Program-made: the position numbers and the translations under genes | DNA from: Elsinoe ampelina | Lineage: Eukaryota | Length of the DNA stretch: 63,923 nucleotides | Reading direction: 5' to 3' | Assembly: GCA_010093995.1 (NCBI GenBank) | Contig: ML992506.1 | Coordinates: forward strand, 975,196-1,039,118 | Shown here: piece by piece, positions 24,546 to 34,674 of the stretch | Numbering within the stretch: the stretch's first letter is position 1 | How the letters are laid out: every line of letters starts with the position of its first letter | Notes under the pieces: model-generated | What the model was told of the DNA's origin: nothing | Databases searched by the model: none | Seen by the model: the letters and a program-made list of their open reading frames with translations, nothing else

Positions 24546-26883
24546 CTATGGTGCTTGCGCAAACCGGCTAGTTCCTCTTATCCGCTTACCATACTTGAAG
24601 AAGATGTACGCTAGCAGAAGTCGTCAGTGGAATGCCGTGGTGCCACAGCATTGGGTCCAGCCAAGGGACCCGAAACTTACGGAAAGGCATGAGGACCAGC
24701 GCCATGCCCGCAAGAATGAAACTTGCCCATTGATATCCTAGACCTGTTGTAAATGCAGTGTCAGTGACCTCTTTCTGATCGGAATTGTAGGCATCGACAC
24801 CCACGATTATACATTTGCACCCCAAACAATGGAAACGCCGCTGCGAACGATGACCGTGAGAAGGAATTTGCGGCAAGCGCCGAAGCCTACACCGCAAGTC
24901 TTAGTAAGTGTGACCGGTATGCAGTGCTCATGCCGACATACAGCGTATAGCGGATACTGGAGCCGCGTTAGTCAAATTCTTTAGGACCGGCCAGGGTGTC
25001 GCAAAGACACGTCAAACGAGCGGTCTTTGGGTAGGACAGCAGGTACGTACCGTTTCGACATGATTCGTGAAGATACCGCCATAACAGAATATGTTCCTGC
25101 GCATTTTAAGCATGCGTCAAATGATTTGTAGAGGACCTTGTCTTACCCAAGTCCAAAGAAGCCGCTGAAAATTATGGGAACTATACAAGTATCAGCATTG
25201 AGTGATACGGAGATGCTCCGTCTGGACCCTTGGGGGCGGAGGGTGGAGGTGTGGATCCCATGCATGAGCAGCAAACTATCACAACGCCGGGTGGGGGCAC
25301 TGACCAATCCAATGAACCTGATGTCAAGTCAGTTTCTACAGAAGAAGCGGTCTGTAATGTCTCTGTAACTTACAGAACGGTATGTTGTAAATGCAAAGCC
25401 TGTGGAAAATCATGTTAGCTTGTCAAGAAACGCGGTAAGAGACGTGATGCAATACCTATCAGAGAAAATGGCACAACGATAGCTCCTCTACACATTGTCA
25501 GCCCATACGATCTAGATCATGTGGTGGGTGAGTAGGCGCATGGCAGCGCTGACGGCTAATCAGGCATACTTACACAATGGTGGGTGGGAGGCGGAATTCA
25601 GGTTCTGATACCCCATTGTTCTTCCGTACCAATCGCTGATAGTTCCGTCTCCAAAGAGGATCGCAGCATACGCCAATAATCATGCCAACAAAGATACCTA
25701 AGAAGGCCATGCCAATCTGGCTTTGCGAGAAGCCGTGGTTATTTCCGAAGATTAACTGAAACGCGCCAAAGAACAAGTACAAGATGCCGAGCAAGATTGA
25801 TGAAATAAGGCAAAGAGCCAGACACATTGGTTCCAGTAAGAGCAGCTGGAACGGTCTGATGCAACTCCAAAGGACCGTCTTGGTCACCGATTTGTTCAAG
25901 ACCTCCATGGGGGCGTACCACTGGTCGTTGCCAGTTTCCTTTCTCAGCTTCTTCGCTTTCTGTTTGAGAACCACAGGATGGTAGGTTTCGGGGACGAAGA
26001 AAAAGATCAGAGTGAGTTCGACGCCGGCCCAGATGAGCAAGACATAAAATGTCCATCGCCAGTAGGTGTATTGGTTGATAAATCCACCAATCACTGGACC
26101 TACTTCAGGTCCAATGAAAGGGCTTGCTGTATAGACCATCATCGGTAGTGACAACTCATCCCTGTCGAATAGGTCGCCCACGGTACCACCAGCCACACTA
26201 AGGAAAGCACTGCCAGATATTCCATCCAGGAAGCGTCCTACCAGAAGAGTCTGAATGTTCGGTGCAACTGCACATGGAATGAGCCAAATGAGGAAAAAAG
26301 AGAAGGAGGCGAGATATATCGGCCTTCGTCCATAGAACTCGGATAGTGGTCCCAGAAACATCGGCCCGATGCCCAACCCCATGATGTACAGAGACAGTCC
26401 CAAGGTTGCAACGATTCGACTCACTCCTAGCTCGCGCTCAAGTTGGGGATATGACTGAGTGTAAACGGCTGCGGTGCAGGTGGTACATAGCGAACCGCAG
26501 CTGAGGATGAGGTTTATGAGCCATTTCTGTGCCTTCCTGCGACTTCGGGGATTCATTGGGTCTGTGGGACCGTCGAATTTGACTTCGTATTCTTTCGGGC
26601 GTCTTCCCTCAGTATCATGCTCGAGTTCTTGCTCTTGCTGATCATGGTCCTCGTGTACAGAGTATCCATCATGACCTCCGTATGACTTTTGTGATCGCGT
26701 AGATTGCCTGGACTTGATTTTTGCCAGAGTCTCGGGTTGTAATGCGTCTCTTGATGCCTTTGGGTGCTTCGATTGTGAAGAATGCGAGCTCGAACTCCCC
26801 GGCCGGTAGTCGACTTCCTCCTTTGGCACGTCATCCATGTCGTTTCTCGAGCATGTCGTGCTCGGTATTGATTTCTCCTCCAT
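24546..26883 (-). CDS. MFS drug:H+ antiporter (DHA1 family); 10 exons
   Basis: Motifs GPLSEFYGRRPIY, GGTVGDLF, WRWTFY, PETY and PEFRLP. Exons 25574-26883, 25456-25487, 25374-25399, 25305-25317, 25147-25180, 25051-25096, 24942-24956, 24805-24886, 24681-24743 and 24546-24610 splice in frame to ...VHWIVPII...YPLYAASALAANSFSRSSFAAAFPLF...YGKRIRGTSRFAQAP*. Confidence 0.92.
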
Positions 26884-29129
26884 GGCCGCGGTCCACCGAT
26901 TGCGTCCTGATTTAGTGTGCGCGTGCGGGTTTGAAAGCCATGAAATTTGAGAATTGCAAAACAGTTGCAGTACCTACTGTTATTGCGACATTATGGAAGA
27001 TTGGAAATCAGTAAACCTGACATTGCTATCGGACGGAAATAGCGGCAATGCGAAAGTCCTTCAAAAGTCAAATGGGTGACATCACAGAGTTTTGCAGGGG
27101 CCTCCGGCGCTCTCACCAAAACTGTTTCCCCAATGGTTTCCGGCGCTCCACCCATTTCGCCTTGTTCTTGGCCCCACGGCCCGAGGCCGAACCAGAAGCG
27201 GGGTTCCTCCGCATGTTGTGCCTCTCCACCAAAAGGCATCCCCACACATCAGGGCTCCTTTTCGCTCCCTCCATGCGTTCACCAGGTTTGTACTTGGCCA
27301 TTGACCGCTATACGCTGCTCATAAATGCTGATACTTTTCTCAGAACCACTTGTATGCCGTCGGATCTCCGGAAATACACGAATAAGACTGACGCCTCTCC
27401 GCACGCCCTCAGGGAAGCCTCGCATTCAGTCAGGTGCCTGCGACCGTACGATACGTGCAGCTTGCCAGACTCGAGCAGAGAGCGACTGGCATTCCAACAT
27501 GGCCAGCACTACTTGCAGACTCATTGCTAGCCTATCCCGAGTCTCCTGGTAATGGAAAAGCAATGTTGCATCGACACAGTGGTTACTGCGAATGGGGAGG
27601 CAGACTGGGACACAGAATCCACCAAACAGTCGAATGTTGGGTCGGCGTGTATCCTCGCATTCAACCACTTTATAACGGTGAACTGACAGTCTTCCCGCAA
27701 CTGGACGCTGCAAAGCTGTTTACCGGCAATCATATGGATTGCTGCCTCCATGATTGGCGTCCTTGGCCTGGCTGATACTCCAGGTCCGCGGTGCTCATCA
27801 GACTCAGAATTCATGGTGGAAGAGTGCAGCAATGGTGCCGTTTTTCTTACCAGGCGGCCCATCAGAATTATTGGCATCACCGGAATCAGCCTGGGTTGAA
27901 TGATTGGTAAATGTTGTCTCGCCGAGAGGTAAAACACCACTGTCTGTTGATCGCCCTTACTTCCTTAGAGACCAAACGCCATGACGATTTCAGGAAGACC
28001 TCGGACTAAGGTCACCTGCCGGCCTAGGAGGATGTTTCGAACATGCTGGAAGCAGTGTTGTCGGACTCGAATCGTTCCTCGTCAGCCATCTTATAGACAT
28101 CGGCTATCCTATCTGGAGCGGCTCTCGGAACAGTTTTAGCTTTTACCAAAGACTGGCTTTGCTGGAGACACTTTCCAGAGGACGAGTCAGAATCTATGAT
28201 CACCACAATTACTAGGTGGAGAATCTGTACTCCTGACTCCCCACCGGCTGATCACAAGCTACCACGTTGGGTGCCGGAGAATATCTTCCAATTAGCTCGG
28301 AATAACTTAGGCAATCCCTCTCGGTCCTCGGTCCTTCTGTGACTGCTGGTGTTCGACAGGATGACGTCGATAGAATTTTACTGCGATAACGGGAGGTGTC
28401 TTAGGGCTTCAAAGCAGGACACCGCATCAATCATCGTGAACATCTCATCTGGTCACGGCGATAGCAAGGTAGGCGCAATTGGCAACTGGTGAGCGTATTG
28501 ATGGCACTGGCCATGGTTGGCAATGTTACTGTATTTCCGGCAGGTTCTTGTCTCATCTCGTTGTAAAAATTTTGAAAATTGCGGCCCGGGTGTTTTCGGA
28601 ACCGCCGCGACGTACCAGCTCAGCTCGGACCTCAGGCCATCCTGACCACTCACACCTCCGAGACCTGTTGACGCGGTCAGCATACATGCCTCTACGGATG
28701 ACTGTGGATGCATTCCTTCATCGTGGGACATTACGAGCTAGCGCTCGCGACAACAGGACGATAGAATGAGTCACCCCAGACAAATGTCCCACGAAAGTCG
28801 ATGCTCTGCCTTACAGTATAAGAAAGACAGAACAACCTTTCCGGAACCTGGCCTGTGGGTACGACCCGTTAAAAAGAGCGTAGGCCATCCGCTGGCGTTT
28901 TACTTGGTCACGACAATTTCTGAGGCTCCACCAGTCAATGCCAGCGATCAAGTCACGGCCGCTGGGACAACCGCCTATCAGCCCCTTTGTCCACCCGAGG
29001 TAAAAATTTTCTACCTCACCCCCATCTCCTTCGTACTATCTTTCCTACCCTTCAATCACTGGTTCAATCATTGATTCCATCATCATCAACCTCATCTCCA
29101 CTCCCTAATCACCAATTCCATCCATCACA

Positions 29130-29647
29130 ATGGCATCCAGGATCATTGCCCCCAAGATGGCCTCCATGGTCGCCCAGAGCACCATCAAGGCCTCGAGGCC
29201 AGCTTTCCGTGCCAGCTTCAAGCCCCAGCAGCTCCAGGCCCGTACCTTCTCGAGTGAGCTCTATCGTCGATACCATCTACGTGAACAAATCTGATATCTC
29301 CCCTCCCAGGCCTCAAGCAATCCACCCCCTTCCAGCCCGTCAAGCGCACTCAGTCATCAATCCTCTCCCAGACCACCAAGCTCCAGGGCCAAAAGCGCAT
29401 GTACTCCTCTGAGATGGCCAACGCCCTCGTCCAAGTCTCCCAGAACCTCGGTATGGGCAGCGCCGCCATCGGTCTCGGTGGCGCCGCTGTTGGCATCGGC
29501 ATAGTCTTCGCCGCCCTGCTCAACGGTACCGCCCGCAACCCAGCTCTCCGCGGCCAGCTCTTCTCCTACGCCATTCTGGGCTTCGCCTTCGTTGAGGCCA
29601 TGGGTCTCTTCGACCTGATGATTGCCATGATGTGCAAGTACGTCTAA
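29130..29647 (+). CDS. ATP9: Nuclear-encoded mitochondrial ATP synthase subunit 9 (subunit c) precursor; 2 exons
   Basis: Basic presequence MASRIIAPKMAS... with intron 29254-29309. Cleavage-like KRM/YSSEMA, then GLGGAAVGIG, ARNP and the proton-binding Glu in GFAFVEAMGLF. Confidence 0.96.
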
Positions 29648-31759
29648 ATCCAGCACCGGGGATATCAATCGGTGGATAATGCATAGGGGAGAAAACAGCA
29701 GTTTTCGGACAGCCAGCAGCGTGTGAACATATCAGAGCTCTAGACTGTACTCTAGCATAGAAATCATAGAATCGTCATAGAACGGGGTCTGGCATCTCCC
29801 TATCGCGTCTTTTATTGCCGAATGGCAGGCGCTGTACAGTATCGATCGCATTGGGGCCACGGGTGCAATGGAAAATCATTCTCCACTCTACCACTATCGT
29901 ATCTGATAACGCGATGCAGCTGGTGCGTCAAGCAGGCGTCTGTGCAATTGACTTTTTTGCCCACCCCGGCCATCAGTGACGGCCCGGCGCCTTTGAAGCC
30001 ATGATAGGTCGCGATATCGCTGGCACGCCCGCAAGCACACGACGGCGAATAGGCGCAGAGGAAAAATCTGAATCTGGCCTCTTGTGACGAGTGCTTTTGG
30101 TACAGGTGGTCAGAGCGACTGACGTCGGGCGCGGATTTTTTCCTGGGTGGAGCTTGGACCGGCGACGTCAAGAGAGAACTGGGTCGTCCCGATGCAGATC
30201 TCATTTCGAGAAGCGCTGGGAAGAGGCAGGTTTTGGTGATGAGCTTGCGGCTCTTCGGGTTTCGGTGATGGGACCAGCAGGGTTGGGTTGGGATGTGTTG
30301 GTGGACGTGGGATGGTTGGGTGGCCGAAGAGAGACCGGTGGGTGAGGCTCTGTTTTGTTGGCGTGGGGGTGACTTTCATCTTTCGTTACAGGCCCGGGGG
30401 ACATTTTGTTGTGCAATCGCTTTAGCAAGTCGCTCTCACGGGATGATATTGCAATGCTTGCATATCCATGCGTGTACGTCGAAGGCCCAAGCACTTGGAC
30501 GTCTCAAAGGAGGCCTGTCAAAGCCGCATTCTCACCTCAAGCTCCACGCGAGGCTCTACCTTCCAGACTCTTCAATGACAACAACGACAAGGTATGCTCA
30601 GTCAGCTATGCACCAAGTCGTGCATCAGGTTTGTAGGTCGTGTCGCCGCCTTCGTCAATAATAACAACGGAGCCCGGTGCCTCGTCTCACCTCGAAGATC
30701 ATGATGCCCGCCATGTGGAATAGCAGCCATGCCGATATCAGATGCCGGTGCGGCTGAACATCCTCACAGCGTCACTGATATAGCAAGTAAAGTCAGAGAC
30801 TAAGTACGCAAGCTCTTGCAGCTTCGACACCACCGGAGATCAAGAATACAAGTTTCATGCACAGCAGAAACAGCTCGGCAAAAGGTCACCCCGCATTCGC
30901 ACCTTATCCACCAATCCAGGTACACCACCTCTGGCGCAATTTCTCGCCTACATAGCACGTGGTCACGGTGCTAGTGCAGCTACTGAAACACGATGGCTGA
31001 TGGCTGACAGCACAGCAGCATGCCAAAACGTATACATTCTGCGTCGTAGCCTGGCTAGGCTGAACAGGTCGGTGGCCGACAAAGCCACAATTCAGCTAGC
31101 CACTGAGTTGATAGGCACACGCTGTTCTTCCTGTCATCCATCGCAGCTTACCAGGTTTCCGACTGCAGCAAAATCGATCTCGGGCCTTGTTTCACCATCT
31201 TCTGCATGGCACTAGGCTGGAGAACAGGATTTACACCATTTCCCCTTCAGGAAGCTGAAGTGGACAACCTCAACTTTACACATTCAAGCTTTTTGATGTA
31301 GAATTCTCCGGATCACTGGCAGGCAGTATTCGCATGCAATACGACGTAACAATACCAATTCTGAGCTCAACTCGCAAGAAAGAAGGCTCAATCGCAAGAC
31401 CACCATGGCGACCGCACAATTGATCTAGCATGACCACACGGCACAGAATAGATGGGAATCATGGGATATAGGATGTGCCGCTCAACCGAATGGTCGATCT
31501 CTGACGACCAGACCGTTCCGCTCGCGTGCTATTGAGTCTAGCGAAGCCACCATATCCCCGGATTTCAACAGGTGTGGCACGCAGGGGTGCTCTTGGAACG
31601 ACAGATTGATGCTGGACCTGATGCCTCCGTTCCTGCGTTTCTGTACCCCTCGGATGGTCTGCCGCGATACGCGACAACGTATTTAGCGACCCAATCCCCT
31701 GTCTGTCGCCATGCAAAGTCAATGCCAACCCTGTCGTCTAAATACACACCCACAGATCC

Positions 31760-33026
31760 ATGGCTGTAGTGATACCTCCCAAAGTAGTCGCTTCTTGGCC
31801 ACCACCAAACCTCGTTGATCCGGAGATTCGAGGCCCATCATATGTCGTTAGCAGCAGCATCTTCTTCTCATTATCCGTCATTGTAGTCTCTACGCGCCTG
31901 TGGTATCGACATACGAAGAAGCAACTCTGGTGGGATGACCTGCTTGCGGTCCTTGCATTGGTAGGTTGCGCCGTGCATATGATTAACGCCGTGCTAATGC
32001 AGCCATAGGTCTTTACTGCAGCGCTGACTATAGTTGTCGGCTTCGCTGCTTACCGAGGCGGCTGGCGGCAACATCTGTGGGACGTCATATACGACAAGAA
32101 GACACTGAGCAGGTCTCTCAGGTTCGCCTATGTCGCATACATCCTGTACGGCATCGCAGCGACCCTGAGCCGATGCGCCTCTCTGGTCTTTTTCTACCGA
32201 CTGTTCGGTCGCCGAGGTGGTAGCAATGCATGGAAGTGGACGTTACATGGCTGCATCGGTGGCATCATCCTCTGTAACCTCATCTTCGCGTGCCTGACTG
32301 CGCTTGGCTGCAGGTAAGACAGATGAATGTAGCCATGCGACCTCACGCTGACACAGTTCTAGGCCCATCAAACTATTCTGGACCCTCCCAGCACCGAAGG
32401 ACATCAGGGAGAAATGTGTCGACGTGGATACTATCGTCCTCGCTTTCAGCATCATCAACGTCATTCAGGATCTTATGACAATGCTACTTCCAATCCCGAT
32501 TGTATACAAGCTACAGATGCCACTCCGGGAGCGCATTGGCGTGATCGTCACCCTGACTATCGGTTCGGCGGCAACCATATCCGGAGCGATCAAATCCTAC
32601 TATATCTGGCTCACGTTCTTCGGCGGGCAGTATGATCGAACCTGGTGGATCTTGACTGGCTGGATCGCCGGTCTCGCTGAAATCAACGTCATCATTGTAC
32701 GCACATCAACTTCACCCTTTCTTTCTGCAGTCACTGACATCTCACAGATCTGCTCATGCGCTCCCGCCCTCAAGCCCCTTCTCTATCCTTTCGCCAAAAA
32801 GACCTTGACCAGGATGGGCATCACTTCCGGAGGAGACGGTACCCTCATGAACTCGATTCGGAAGGTAAAAGTAGGATCGGGTAGCAAGCACACTCGACTC
32901 GGATCGCTTGACGGTGCTATGCTTGAGCGAGGAGAAAGCAGGGGAGGAATTAATAGAGGCGATTTGGGCAAGGACGACCGCACAGTGGTAGTCACGAGGT
33001 CTTATGAGGTCGATCGGAGAGGTTGA
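31760..33026 (+). CDS. PTH11-like (fungal rhodopsin-domain) integral membrane protein; 4 exons
   Basis: N-terminal SWPPPNLVDPEIRG; WWDD, HLWDV, CRPIKLFW, DLMTMLLPIPIVYKLQM and EINVII/ICSCAPAL. Introns 31961-32008, 32314-32362 and 32697-32747. Confidence 0.88.
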
Positions 33027-33200
33027 GGGTCTTGTAATTATCACGGCTGGAGTCTATGTAATCTTCATCTGAATGAGTTCGTTAATGATTCTATCTATAC
33101 AACAGTCTATCCAGACTTAATCTGTGATGTATCTTCATGGGAACCTCCACTGCGGTCCATCTATCTCTAAAATCTAGCTATATCATCACTCGTAACAACG

Positions 33201-34391
33201 TCAACGACTCCAGAAGTCTACTATGTGCGCCACCACTTCCTTAGCCTTTACGATAGGTAAGTCATGACCCGCTTCTACTGTCCGTACCTCAAGACCATCT
33301 GCTCCCAAACACTCTCTCGCATCCTCCTCCACCTCGTCCTTTACAATCACCCCATCCTCGGTTCCAAGCACCATCAACACCTTTCCACCCTTCAGGCTAT
33401 CCTTCTGCCTGGAAATCCTCCTCCACGACTCATGCTGCTCGGAGATAGGCGCGTGCTGAATGCTACTCACAAAAGCCGGCAAGAACCCCTCATGCTTCTC
33501 CAACTGCCACCGCACGGCATCCGCCACCGAGATCCCTGGTCTATCCTCAAACAGCGGCGCCTGCGAATCTGGCATCAATGCAGGGTGCTCCCCTCCCTCC
33601 CCATCCGGCACCTCCGCCACCACCGCCCCCGCCGGCGTCGCCTCCGGGTTCCCGTCCTTTGCCCCCTTCTCCACCGGCGCCGCACCCCCACCCAACCTCC
33701 TCCCCACAAACCAATGCACCAACCCCCTCGGCACAAGCCCACTGTACAACACTCTCGAACTCCTCGCTATCCTCCCCGCCCTCAACAACCCCGACGGCGC
33801 AACCAACACCAACCCCTCCACCATGTGCGGAAACCAAGCCGCGAACCCGGCCGCGATGCCCCCTCCCAACGAATACCCCACGATACTAAACCTCCTCTCC
33901 CCCGTCCAACTCACCTCAGACGACGTCAGCGCCAGCAGGATCTGCGTCGTCCAAAGCTGCATGTTCTGCGGATTCGTCCTCGGGTCCGGCGCGTCGGAGT
34001 AGCCTCGCCCGAAGAGGTCGAAGAGCATGACGCGGTGGCCGTTTGCGGCTAGTTCCTTGGCGACGCCGGCGAGGGAGATGCACGGGGTGCTGATGCCGTG
34101 GATGAGGAGGACGCGGGGCCCGGTGGGGGGCCCGAATTCGTAGATGCGGATGCTGCCGTAGGGGGTGGGAAGGGTGCGGGCGCCGGGGAGGGAGGTGGGG
34201 GGGTAGGGGAGGGTGGCGAGGGTGGATGGGGGGAGGGAGGAGACGTGGGGTAGGGGAGAGGGGAGGATGCCTGGGACGCTCCAGTTGGGGGTCGTGGGGC
34301 GGAGGAGGTGGTAGAGGGCGAAGAGGGTGAGACCGATGGGGAGGGTGCGGCGGAGGGGGTCGGAGGTGAGGAGGTCTGAGAGGCGGTCCAT
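33201..34391 (-). CDS. Alpha/beta-fold hydrolase with N-terminal hydrophobic segment
   Basis: Probable start MDRLSDLL at 34391. Oxyanion HGIS, FDLFGRGYSD, nucleophile elbow GYSLGG, acid GTED and catalytic AGHD. Confidence 0.88.
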   Translation of the reverse strand: MDRLSDLLTSDPLRRTLPIGLTLFALYHLLRPTTPNWSVPGILPSPLPHVSSLPPSTLATLPYPPTSLPGARTLPTPYGSIRIYEFGPPTGPRVLLIHGISTPCISLAGVAKELAANGHRVMLFDLFGRGYSDAPDPRTNPQNMQLWTTQILLALTSSEVSWTGERRFSIVGYSLGGGIAAGFAAWFPHMVEGLVLVAPSGLLRAGRIARSSRVLYSGLVPRGLVHWFVGRRLGGGAAPVEKGAKDGNPEATPAGAVVAEVPDGEGGEHPALMPDSQAPLFEDRPGISVADAVRWQLEKHEGFLPAFVSSIQHAPISEQHESWRRISRQKDSLKGGKVLMVLGTEDGVIVKDEVEEDARECLGADGLEVRTVEAGHDLPIVKAKEVVAHIVDFWSR

Positions 34392-34548
34392 GGTGGTGGA
34401 TGGCACCCGCGACCAGATACTGCTATAATAGCAATGCAAAGACACAGCTGCAGTTAGATGAAGGTCTTGATGTGAATGACCTGTGCCGAGGTTGTGCATG
34501 GTGGGCTGCGGAGCCGCATCGGAGTTTGGACGAGCAAACGCCGAGCAT

Positions 34549-34558
34549 GGAAATTTTT
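34549..34558 (+). promoter_or_regulatory. RRPE-like motif upstream of UTP4
   Basis: GGAAATTTTT lies ~120 bp upstream of a ribosome-biogenesis gene and resembles the yeast RRPE core AAAWTTTT. It is short and could be chance. Confidence 0.25.
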
Positions 34559-34674
34559 AGAGATGGTCAGCGGGAAAAAAGTCCACCGCAAGCTTCACTT
34601 CCACGGTTTGACAGTTTCGTACGGTCAGCATGATGGCTGCGACGATAGACCGGTAACACCTCCGACTTCACATC

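Noticed and set aside
28587..28599. CGG-N7-CGG (AcuK/AcuM, AOD2/AOD5-type site) ~530 bp upstream of ATP9
   Set aside because: Only six fixed bases, so about one match per 1-2 kb is expected by chance. It needs conservation or ChIP support.
26991..28769. Short ORFs between the MFS gene and ATP9
   Set aside because: No recognisable domain, codon bias or coherent splice structure.
9675..29647. Respiratory/gluconeogenic gene cluster (COX15, FMN1, acuK, ATP9)
   Set aside because: The genes are interspersed with unrelated ones and share no visible motif; ordinary housekeeping neighbourhood is sufficient.
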